Source of the DNA: a virus | Taxonomy: Duplodnaviria; Caudoviricetes | Length of the DNA stretch: 61,873 bases | Reading direction: 5' to 3' (one strand) | Virus record (IMG/VR): IMGVR_UViG_3300025083_000021 | Location: 1 to 61,873 of that record | In this document: piece after piece, positions 9,882 to 17,506 of the stretch | Position numbering within the stretch: position 1 is the stretch's first letter | Layout of the letters: each line of letters begins with the position of its first letter | Notes under the pieces: model-generated | Told to the model about the DNA's origin: nothing | Seen by the model: the letters and a program-made list of their open reading frames with translations, nothing else | The model's database searches: none | Made by a program: the position numbers and the translations under genes

Positions 9882-10715
9882 ATGGGATATAAAAAACCAA
9901 TTACAGTATCAGAAAAATATCTGACACATGCACCGTTACCTACTCATGGTGACACTTATACAGTGGTAGAACACAAAGAAGTTATTGACAGAACAAAGCA
10001 AATGTTATATGCTTCTGGTTTTAAGATTGAAAAAGAAGAGTATAAAGCAAATCTAGATGCAAAAGTTGCACAAGGTGTGTATCATATAAAACCATTATCA
10101 TCAACTGATGAAATGATCAGAGATGAAGAAGAACTAGGTATGATGTTCGCATGGACAAACTCATATGATAAAAGCACAACATTTAAATGTGCAATTGGCG
10201 CATATGTATTCGTATGTTCTAATGGAGTTGTTTCTGGAGATATGATGAATTTTAAAAGAAAACATTCAGGATCAGCTAATTTTGATATAGGAATGCAAAT
10301 AGCAGCTCAGATTAAAAATGCTGAAGCTCATTATAAGAAAATAATAAAAGATAGAAACGCTCTTAAAAGCGTGGATCTAGATCATAAACAGCAATGTGAA
10401 TTATTAGGAAGATTATATGCATCTGAAGAAATACTTGATACAACTCAATTGTCTACAGTTAAAGCAGAAATGAAGAAACCTTCTTATGATTATACATTTG
10501 ATAGTGATAATGCTTGGAGTTTTTATAATCATGTTACACATGCATTAAAGAAATCTCATCCAAGAAAGTGGTTATCAAGTCAACAGAACTTTCATGATTT
10601 TATGGTGGCTGATTTATTAAGCCAAAATAAAATTGTAACAAGTGAGATGCAAGAAGGTAATGTTAATAACATAATAGAAATGCCTGATAACCAAATGGTT
10701 ATGGTTTTTGAGTAG
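9882..10715 (+). CDS. DUF932/DUF945-family protein
   Basis: Signature WTNSYDKSTTF...GAYVFVCSNG and C-terminal AWSFYNHVTH. Confidence 0.75.
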   Translation: MGYKKPITVSEKYLTHAPLPTHGDTYTVVEHKEVIDRTKQMLYASGFKIEKEEYKANLDAKVAQGVYHIKPLSSTDEMIRDEEELGMMFAWTNSYDKSTTFKCAIGAYVFVCSNGVVSGDMMNFKRKHSGSANFDIGMQIAAQIKNAEAHYKKIIKDRNALKSVDLDHKQQCELLGRLYASEEILDTTQLSTVKAEMKKPSYDYTFDSDNAWSFYNHVTHALKKSHPRKWLSSQQNFHDFMVADLLSQNKIVTSEMQEGNVNNIIEMPDNQMVMVFE

Positions 10716-10826
10716 ATAAGTTTTTATAATATAAATTAATTATATATATTAGCAACCGTTTTATTTGTGTTTACAGGGGATCTCTTTCCCCTTGTTAATG
10801 TGAATGTTTATTTAGTTTTGTGTAAT

Positions 10827-10864
10827 AGGGTGTGGGATTGTATTCTACACCCTTTATACTTTTA
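10827..10864 (+). terminator. Intrinsic terminator
   Basis: Hairpin AGGGTGTGGGAT-tgt-ATTCTACACCCT followed by TTATACTTTTT. Confidence 0.65.
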
Positions 10865-10877
10865 ACACCAAAGAGAG

Positions 10878-11315
10878 ATGAAAAAAATAATAAAAAAAGT
10901 AATAACATTTATACTATGTGTACTATTTGCACATGTATCATTAGCTCAAATAACTTACTCTACTGATTATTTAGGTAACACAATTGCTAAAGATCAATAT
11001 GGCAATATTATAGCAATAGGATCTGAAGATTATCTAGGTGATTTTGTATGGAAGGATCAATATGGAAACATTATACAACAAGAGTCTGAAGACTATCAAG
11101 GAAATACCATTACAAGGGATGAATATGGTAATACTAAAAGTACAAGATCTAAGGATTACTTAGGTAATATAGTAGAAAGAGATCAATATGGAAATATAAT
11201 ATATACTTTGGAAGAAGATTATTCAGGTGATATTATAAAGAGAGATAGATATGGTAATATTATGGGAATATACCAACTTGATTATCTAGGTAATTGGATT
11301 TATTATCCAAATTAA
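10878..11315 (+). CDS. Secreted protein with 21-aa DY(L)G(N)...DxYGN repeats
   Basis: Signal peptide MKKIIKK...AHVSLA|Q followed by about 5.5 tandem repeats. Confidence 0.75.
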   Translation: MKKIIKKVITFILCVLFAHVSLAQITYSTDYLGNTIAKDQYGNIIAIGSEDYLGDFVWKDQYGNIIQQESEDYQGNTITRDEYGNTKSTRSKDYLGNIVERDQYGNIIYTLEEDYSGDIIKRDRYGNIMGIYQLDYLGNWIYYPN

Positions 11316-11333
11316 AATTAGTATATTTATATT

Positions 11334-11525
11334 ATGAACAAAGAAATATTTATTGCAGTAATAGCTGTTCTTATTGTACAATCTATAATAATATGTGATT
11401 TATTAACAAAAAGAAGTATATTGTTAAATAATAAATATCAAATTATTACACAACCTATATTAAAAGATATAGACGGTACGTATAGTGATATTGATACTAC
11501 TCTGAATATAGAGCTACAAGAATGA
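11334..11525 (+). CDS. Small membrane protein
   Basis: N-terminal hydrophobic helix; GTATATTTA motif just upstream. Overlaps the convergent gene by 29 nt. Confidence 0.5.
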   Translation: MNKEIFIAVIAVLIVQSIIICDLLTKRSILLNNKYQIITQPILKDIDGTYSDIDTTLNIELQE

Positions 11526-11844
11526 CACCTACAGCATCAGAATAATTTAGGGTTATCTTCCCATAAGGATCATTAAAAGCGTAAGTTTCAAATGGTCCTA
11601 GGTAACCTTCTTCATTAGGTGCTAGTTCTAAACTTGCTATTTCTTTAGCTAAAGTTCCTAATAATGGATCAATAACTGTTGTTACTACAGGAGTAACTGA
11701 AGCAGTAATAGTAGAAACACCTGTATTCTTTATATAAAAGAATTCAACACCTTTATTAACTAATATATCACCAGCAGCATCTGCATCAACAAATGTAGGT
11801 TTTAAACCTTCTTGTGTTATTTCGTAAGCAGTTAAATTAGCCAT
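11497..11844 (-). CDS. Hypothetical beta-rich protein, possibly virion structural or decoration
   Basis: 115 aa, Thr/Val/Gly-rich; last gene of the - strand cluster. Confidence 0.55.
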   Translation of the reverse strand: MANLTAYEITQEGLKPTFVDADAAGDILVNKGVEFFYIKNTGVSTITASVTPVVTTVIDPLLGTLAKEIASLELAPNEEGYLGPFETYAFNDPYGKITLNYSDAVGVILVALYSE

Positions 11845-11847
11845 ATC

Positions 11848-12027
11848 TTATTTACCACTTTTGAATTTAGCAGACTGAATAGGTTCAGGTGCTTTTGTAG
11901 ATACTTGAGGTATAGAGATACCATTCTTAGCTAAACGTAATCTTTTCTTTACGTCTTTTCTATTCTTATTTGCTTTAATAGCAGCAGGAATAGTAGCAGG
12001 ACTGTAACAGTAGTTATTCTTTTTCAT
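11848..12027 (-). CDS. 59-aa basic protein (not in ORF track)
   Basis: MKKNNYCYSPATIPAAIKANKNRKDVKKRLRLAKNGISIPQVSTKAPEPIQSAKFKSGK*; fills the gap with 5-nt and 3-nt spacers. Confidence 0.65.
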   Translation of the reverse strand: MKKNNYCYSPATIPAAIKANKNRKDVKKRLRLAKNGISIPQVSTKAPEPIQSAKFKSGK

Positions 12028-12032
12028 AATAA

Positions 12033-12491
12033 TTATTTTTTAGTTTTTGGACTACCACCATAGTAGTAGGCAAATATATTTCCAATAACAACACCCTCTA
12101 CCATACCCATTAAGTGAACAAATAAATCATTGTCACTAACGGTTGGTATGTAGACTATTGCATATATGATAAATATGAAAGCTAATAAACCGGTTGCACC
12201 AGTTGCAAGCATCATATAATCTTGTCTTTGTGTTTTAGCAATTTCAACTTCACGCTCTCTTGCAGAGTCACGGTCTTCAATTTCTAAAGCAAACATGTTT
12301 TTTATATGTTCGTTGGCAGCTTTCTTATCTTCAGGAGACATGTTAACATCAGTGTCTATCATATTTTTTACAATACCTAGAACACCGGAGTTTGGTAATA
12401 AATTTCCAGCTACATCTAAAACATGTGGAGCAGCCTTTTTTAGAAACTGTCCTAGTTTAGTGTCTTTTAATTTCTTACGCTCTTTGCTCAT
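12033..12491 (-). CDS. Holin-like protein (3TM/GTA-holin-like)
   Basis: DRDSARERE, two C-terminal TM helices and an AYYYGGS end motif. Confidence 0.65.
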   Translation of the reverse strand: MSKERKKLKDTKLGQFLKKAAPHVLDVAGNLLPNSGVLGIVKNMIDTDVNMSPEDKKAANEHIKNMFALEIEDRDSAREREVEIAKTQRQDYMMLATGATGLLAFIFIIYAIVYIPTVSDNDLFVHLMGMVEGVVIGNIFAYYYGGSPKTKK

Positions 12492-12736
12492 TATTTACCT
12501 GAGTAAGTTCTTGATCCATTAGTTCTACCACCCATGTTCATTTTCTTTACGGGTCCACCGTAACCTTTCTTTTTCATAGGTCCACCATATGCCATTTTAC
12601 CACCTTTGCTTTTCATTGGTGGAACCATAGGTTGTGTCATATCAATTTGACCACCCACCATTAACATTTTTGCTTTTGTGTCGCAGCTACCCATTGGTAG
12701 AACACCACCGCCTTTTTTATATTTTTTATAATTCAT
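12491..12736 (-). CDS. 81-aa K/M/G-rich protein built from xxxxGG motif repeats
   Basis: KKYKKGG, MLMVGG, MKSKGG, KMAYGG, KKGYGG and KMNMGG. Confidence 0.7.
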   Translation of the reverse strand: MNYKKYKKGGGVLPMGSCDTKAKMLMVGGQIDMTQPMVPPMKSKGGKMAYGGPMKKKGYGGPVKKMNMGGRTNGSRTYSGK

Positions 12737-12884
12737 TGTTTCCTGTATCTAATGTTATTGTTAATATTAATAAATACAATTTAATTGTATAATATGAAAA
12801 TTCTTCGTCAGGTCTCATGATCTCCCAACCTAAAGCAAGTCTATCATGCGGCCAGTGTAAAGCAAATGTAAGTATCCAATTCAT
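12726..12884 (-). CDS. 52-aa hydrophobic beta-strand-rich protein (not in ORF track)
   Basis: MNWILTFALHWPHDRLALGWEIMRPDEEFSYYTIKLYLLILTITLDTGNNEL*; ATGA overlap with the upstream micro-ORF. Confidence 0.6.
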   Translation of the reverse strand: MNWILTFALHWPHDRLALGWEIMRPDEEFSYYTIKLYLLILTITLDTGNNEL

Positions 12885-12955
12885 ACTTTACAATATCCAA
12901 AGCATACTTTACCAAAAGTGATTTTACTAATTAATATACAAATTAATTTTTTCAT
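12881..12955 (-). CDS. 24-aa Cys-containing peptide (not in ORF track)
   Basis: MKKLICILISKITFGKVCFGYCKV*; ATGA overlaps at both ends. Confidence 0.5.
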   Translation of the reverse strand: MKKLICILISKITFGKVCFGYCKV

Positions 12956-13089
12956 CTACCTTGTCCTCTATAGGGTTTAATGTAGTTAGTAGCATTCTTA
13001 GAACGTGATGTTTTTGTCTTAGCATGAACACCGGGTCGTTTAACTTTAGCCTTTTTTATGGGCCCTAGAGATTGTATTAGTTTAGCCAT
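12952..13089 (-). CDS. 45-aa basic peptide ending in YRGQGR (not in ORF track)
   Basis: MAKLIQSLGPIKKAKVKRPGVHAKTKTSRSKNATNYIKPYRGQGR*; TAATG overlap with the upstream gene. Confidence 0.7.
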   Translation of the reverse strand: MAKLIQSLGPIKKAKVKRPGVHAKTKTSRSKNATNYIKPYRGQGR

Positions 13090-13322
13090 TATTTTTTCTT
13101 TGGTCTTCCTCTACGTTTCTCTCCTTTAGCAGCAGATCCAACATCTTTGATTTGCTCTTTGACTTCGGATAAAGCTTCTGATACATCTTCAGCTTCTTCC
13201 TTAACTCTCTTAACTCTAAACACTACAGCATCTCTAAACGCCTTAACAGCTTTAGTGATTGCATTTACTACATCCTCTATACTGGAGGTATAAATAGCTT
13301 TTAATATTTTACTGAATATCAT
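13089..13322 (-). CDS. Small coiled-coil protein with a basic C-terminus
   Basis: 77 aa ending KRRGRPKKK; GTATATT motif upstream. Confidence 0.6.
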   Translation of the reverse strand: MIFSKILKAIYTSSIEDVVNAITKAVKAFRDAVVFRVKRVKEEAEDVSEALSEVKEQIKDVGSAAKGEKRRGRPKKK

Positions 13323-13361
13323 ATATTATTAATATACTAAATTATACTTGAATTATGAAAT

Positions 13362-13673
13362 TTATCTGATCGCCTTAAGTCTCTCGTTTTCCTTCTCAAG
13401 GAACTCAACCTTAACTGTTAGGCTACTCACCTCTTTCGTAAGTGTGAGTATTTGTTTTCTCATCTTGTCTTTCTCTTCTGCACTGTCAGTAAGCAATTGC
13501 TCAAGTCGTTTAACTCTATCTCTTAAATCGTCTCTATACATATTTTGGTCTGTTCTTTGATCGTCTTTATATTTTATAGTTGTGCTTATTTTCTTCTCGT
13601 AGAATCTCCAGGCACCTGCTGAAAATAAAACAGTAATAAGAGTTATAACTATTGTAACTAATCCTTCGCTCAT
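13362..13673 (-). CDS. N-terminal TM plus coiled-coil protein (lysis-cluster membrane protein)
   Basis: TM helix LVTIVITLITVLFSAGAW followed by a long heptad coiled coil. Confidence 0.65.
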   Translation of the reverse strand: MSEGLVTIVITLITVLFSAGAWRFYEKKISTTIKYKDDQRTDQNMYRDDLRDRVKRLEQLLTDSAEEKDKMRKQILTLTKEVSSLTVKVEFLEKENERLKAIR

Positions 13674-14086
13674 GACAATGATTTATGTAAATTTTCTTTT
13701 TTTAATTTAAATGAAATCCATACCCACATGAACGTATACCAACATGTTATAATTATATTTTTTGCATCAATTGTACTGAAAGATTTACCAGCACCAAAAT
13801 AAATACTTATTAAATATCTTATTGTAGAAAACAAAAACAATATTAAATAGTATGATACAAATTTACATAACAGTTTTCTGTTATTAGTAGATATACAATA
13901 GAGCATGCCTATACTACCTATTAGGTAGGCAAAATATAACCAGTACGTATAAGCTTGTCCAGCATCTTGCCAATAGGATAGGGAAGTCCATAATACTTGG
14001 TTATTTAATATATCACTTGTAACCCAAAAGAACAATAAGGGTTGAAAGTCAAAATATAATAAAATATTGATAATTCTAGATATCAT
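13670..14086 (-). CDS. Multi-pass membrane protein
   Basis: 138 aa with about four hydrophobic helices; ATGA overlap with the downstream gene. Confidence 0.65.
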   Translation of the reverse strand: MISRIINILLYFDFQPLLFFWVTSDILNNQVLWTSLSYWQDAGQAYTYWLYFAYLIGSIGMLYCISTNNRKLLCKFVSYYLILFLFSTIRYLISIYFGAGKSFSTIDAKNIIITCWYTFMWVWISFKLKKENLHKSLS

Positions 14087-14100
14087 TAAAATATAAATAT

Positions 14101-14160
14101 ATATATATTTGTTGTTGACTGTGTTAGCTTAACAACTTATAAGTATAATATACAAAAAAC
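14101..14160. promoter_or_regulatory. Divergent promoter region with a central hairpin
   Basis: TATATTTG on + (14104-14111) and TTGTATATTATA on - (14144-14155). Inverted repeat GTTGTTGA/TTAACAAC at 14111-14136. Confidence 0.5.
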
Positions 14161-14183
14161 TAATTTTTAAAACAAACATAATT

Positions 14184-14372
14184 ATGTCACAAACAAGAAA
14201 AGCACCGGTAATTGCTAACGTAGAATTATTACCAAAACAGTCATTATTAGGTATACATATTATTAATTGTAATATGTCAATGGAGGTAGACGGGGAAAGA
14301 CAAGTTTACCAAGCCGCTGGTATTGAGGTAGGTATAATTTTTATAAAATTTATATTCATCTATACTTGGTAA
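14184..14372 (+). CDS. 62-aa protein with a hydrophobic C-terminus ending in Trp
   Basis: ORF with an A-rich leader; ends GIEVGIIFIKFIFIYTW. Confidence 0.55.
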   Translation: MSQTRKAPVIANVELLPKQSLLGIHIINCNMSMEVDGERQVYQAAGIEVGIIFIKFIFIYTW

Positions 14373-14450
14373 TTCATCTCAATTAAACTAAATTATATAT
14401 TACCGTTATATCAAAAACATGGTATAACATTTAATCACAAAAACACACTT

Positions 14451-15431
14451 ATGAAGAAGAACATTTTTTTATCTAGGGAAAATATTTTGCCCTATGAGTA
14501 CCCATCTTTACTTGAATATAAAGATGCAATTAGACACTCTTATTGGATTGATACTGAGTATAACTTTACAACTGACATAGATGACTTTAAAGTTAAAGTT
14601 ACTGATGAAGAACGTGAAGTTATAAAAAAGACAATGCTTGCAATAGCTCAAATAGAAGTTAATGTAAAAACTTTTTGGGCAGATTTGTATAAAAGAATGC
14701 CTATTACAGAAATTGGTGATGTGGGTATGACCTTTGCTGAATCTGAAGTTAGACACAAAGATGCATATGCAAGACTACTTAGAATACTTGGACTTGAAGA
14801 AGAGTTTAAAACTGTTGTTGAGATACCAGCTATTAAAGGTAGAATTAAATATCTTAAAAAATACTTAGATGGTTCACGTAGTAGAGATAATAAAATGTAT
14901 ACTAAATCTGTATTATTATTTTCTTTATTTATTGAGCATGTAAGTTTATTTAGTCAGTTTCTAATAATGATGTCTTTTAACAAAGAGAAAAACCTATTTA
15001 AAGGTATTTCTAACGTTGTAGAAGCAACAAGTAAAGAAGAAGATATCCATGGTAACTTTGGCGTAGAGATAATTAATATAATCAAGTCTGAGAACCCTGA
15101 ATGGTTTGATGATGAGTTTGAAGAATTAATTTATTCTGCATCTAGAAAAGCCTATGAAGCTGAGTGCGGTATTCTTGATTGGATATTTGAACAAGGTGAG
15201 TTATCTTTTTTACCTAAAGAAACCATAAAACATTTTATAATGAATAGGTTTAACAACTCATTAAAGAAAATAGGTATGAAACCTATATTTGAAATTGATA
15301 ATAACTTATTACAGTCAACAAAATGGTTTGAGGTGGAGATTACTGCAACTAAAGAAGGAGACTTCTTTTATAAAAAACAAATAGATTATAATAAAAAGTC
15401 AAAGGCTATAACAGCTGATGACTTATTTTAA
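14451..15431 (+). CDS. nrdB: Ribonucleotide reductase class I beta subunit
   Basis: Metal-ligand motifs ESEVRH and EEDIH; radical-Tyr region HKDAY; EHVSLFSQF; C-terminal DFF...Y. Confidence 0.92.
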   Translation: MKKNIFLSRENILPYEYPSLLEYKDAIRHSYWIDTEYNFTTDIDDFKVKVTDEEREVIKKTMLAIAQIEVNVKTFWADLYKRMPITEIGDVGMTFAESEVRHKDAYARLLRILGLEEEFKTVVEIPAIKGRIKYLKKYLDGSRSRDNKMYTKSVLLFSLFIEHVSLFSQFLIMMSFNKEKNLFKGISNVVEATSKEEDIHGNFGVEIINIIKSENPEWFDDEFEELIYSASRKAYEAECGILDWIFEQGELSFLPKETIKHFIMNRFNNSLKKIGMKPIFEIDNNLLQSTKWFEVEITATKEGDFFYKKQIDYNKKSKAITADDLF

Positions 15432-15437
15432 AAAAAT

Positions 15438-17063
15438 ATGGAAAGAAAAAAGTATTATTGGCTTAATGAAGAAAGCCGTACATTTTTATCAAGGGGTTAT
15501 ATAAATGAAACTCCTGAACAACGTATACATGATATTGCAGTTATAGCAGAAAAATACTTAAAGATTAATGGCTTTGCTGAAAAGTTTGAGGATTATATGG
15601 CAAGGGGTTTTTACTCCTTGTCCACTCCTGTTTGGATTAACTTTGGTAAGCATAAAGGTTTACCTATAAGTTGTTATGGATCTAATGTAGATGATAACTT
15701 AGATAGCATCTTGAATGCAGGACGTGAGATTGGTATGATGTCTAAGTATGGAGGAGGTACTAGTGTTTACTTAGGTAATATTAGACCTAGAGGCTCAAAT
15801 ATATCAACCGGAGGCACTGCAGATGGACCAGTACATTATGCAAGAATCTATGACACTGTTGTAGATGTTTGCAAACAATCTGAAGCAAGAAGAGGAGCGT
15901 GTGCTGCATGGCTACCTGTTGAACATCCTGATGTATTGGAATTTTTAGAGATAGGAGGAGAAGGTAACCCAATACAAAATCTACAGTTTGGTATTAGTGT
16001 AACAGATAAGTGGATAGATGATATGAAGAGTGGAGATCCTGATAAGCGTAAAGTATGGGCCAAGATAATTCAGAAAAGAAATGAGTTCGGTTATCCATAT
16101 ATAATGTTTAAAGATAACTCAAATAACAACTCTCCTTATAAAGAGCTAGGTATGGATATTACTGCATCTAATCTTTGTTCTGAAATACAGTTACCAACAG
16201 ATAGTTTTAATTCATTTGTTTGCTGTTTAGGTTCTTTGAACTTATTACACTGGGATGAAATTGTTGAGACGGATGCAATAGAAACTTACACATTATTTTT
16301 AAATGCTGTGATAGATGAATTTATTACTAAGTCTAAAACAATGCCTGGAATGGGTAGAGCATATAAATTTGCAAGTGATCATAGAGCTATAGGTTTAGGT
16401 GTATTAGGATGGCATTCTTATTTACAATCTAAACTTATTGAGTTTGAATCAACAGAAGCTAAGATGATAAATAGTAGAATATTTTCTATAATAAAGACAA
16501 GATCAGAAATAGCTTCAATGGATCTCTGTGAAACAAAGGGTGTTAAATCAATTAGAGAAGGTTATGCAAATACTACATTAGTGGCTATTGCACCAACTAA
16601 ATCTAGTTCATTCATTCATGGTCAAGTGAGTATGGGTATTGAACCTATCAAGTCCAATTATTTTGTAAAGGATTTAGCTAAGTCTAAAACTATATATAAG
16701 AATCCTTTCTTAAAAGAAGAGTTAGCAAAATATAATCTTGATACAGAAGAAGTGTGGGAAGATATCCTTAAAAAAGATGGTTCCGTTCAACACTTAGACT
16801 TCCCAACAAAAGGTGTGTTTAAATCATTTATTGAGATATCTCCTAAAGAGATTATCATTCAAGCTGCAGCAAGACAAAAATTTATTGATCAAGCTCAGTC
16901 TTTAAATTTAATGATTGACCCGTCAGTTCCAGCTAAAGATATTAATCAACTATATCTTTTTGCTCATGAACAAGGAGTAAAGACACTATACTATCAGTTT
17001 AGTGTAAGTTCTGCACAAGCATTCTCTAGAAATATTCTTGAGTGTGCAAGTTGTGAAGCATAA
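15438..17063 (+). CDS. nrdA: Ribonucleotide reductase class I alpha subunit (no ATP cone)
   Basis: PISC, SNLCSEI, AIGLG, IAPT, QAQSLN, KTLYY and C-terminal CASC. Confidence 0.93.
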   Translation: MERKKYYWLNEESRTFLSRGYINETPEQRIHDIAVIAEKYLKINGFAEKFEDYMARGFYSLSTPVWINFGKHKGLPISCYGSNVDDNLDSILNAGREIGMMSKYGGGTSVYLGNIRPRGSNISTGGTADGPVHYARIYDTVVDVCKQSEARRGACAAWLPVEHPDVLEFLEIGGEGNPIQNLQFGISVTDKWIDDMKSGDPDKRKVWAKIIQKRNEFGYPYIMFKDNSNNNSPYKELGMDITASNLCSEIQLPTDSFNSFVCCLGSLNLLHWDEIVETDAIETYTLFLNAVIDEFITKSKTMPGMGRAYKFASDHRAIGLGVLGWHSYLQSKLIEFESTEAKMINSRIFSIIKTRSEIASMDLCETKGVKSIREGYANTTLVAIAPTKSSSFIHGQVSMGIEPIKSNYFVKDLAKSKTIYKNPFLKEELAKYNLDTEEVWEDILKKDGSVQHLDFPTKGVFKSFIEISPKEIIIQAAARQKFIDQAQSLNLMIDPSVPAKDINQLYLFAHEQGVKTLYYQFSVSSAQAFSRNILECASCEA

Positions 17064-17092
17064 TTAAACTATATATTTTATGTAAAATTAGT

Positions 17093-17128
17093 AGAGTCAA
17101 CCCTAATAAGGTTGGCTCTTCTTGTTTT
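17093..17128 (+). terminator. Intrinsic terminator after nrdA
   Basis: AGAGTCAACC-ctaataa-GGTTGGCTCT followed by TCTTGTTTT. Confidence 0.7.
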
Positions 17129-17172
17129 AAGATTATATATGTTGTATATTTATTATATAACTATTGACTACT

Positions 17173-17505
17173 ATGAAATCATTATCAGAAAAATCAGAAG
17201 TAAAACTTGATATAAAAACCTTAATTGGTTTAATAGCTGGCATAATAACTATTGCAGGTATTTGGTTTAGTTTAACAGCAGAAATCTCACAATTAAAAGT
17301 TGAAGTACTTAGAATGCAAGATGATGTTATACTAAATGATGAGTTTAGAATTAAGTGGCCTAGAGGTGAAATGGGTTCTTTACCTGCTGACTCTAAACAA
17401 GATTTACAACTTAATTATCTTAAGGAGAATGTAAATGATCTAATGGATAGAGTACATGATATGGAAATAACCATCACAAAACTAGAAAGCAGCAAAAAGA
17501 AATAG
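17173..17505 (+). CDS. TM-anchored coiled-coil protein (start ATG 17173 or TTG 17164)
   Basis: TM helix LIGLIAGIITIAGIWF and a coiled coil; own TTGTATATTTA motif at 17142-17152. Confidence 0.7.
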   Translation: MKSLSEKSEVKLDIKTLIGLIAGIITIAGIWFSLTAEISQLKVEVLRMQDDVILNDEFRIKWPRGEMGSLPADSKQDLQLNYLKENVNDLMDRVHDMEITITKLESSKKK

Positions 17506-17506
17506 A

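Noticed and set aside
10950-11310. Nucleotide repeats (GATCAATATGG, TTAGGTAA) as a possible CRISPR array or DGR repeat
   Set aside because: They are degenerate 63-nt in-frame coding repeats of the secreted protein. No cas or reverse transcriptase gene is present.
5639-17063. Inteins or introns in PolB or RNR
   Set aside because: Genes are compact and uninterrupted, with no homing endonuclease or splice motifs seen.
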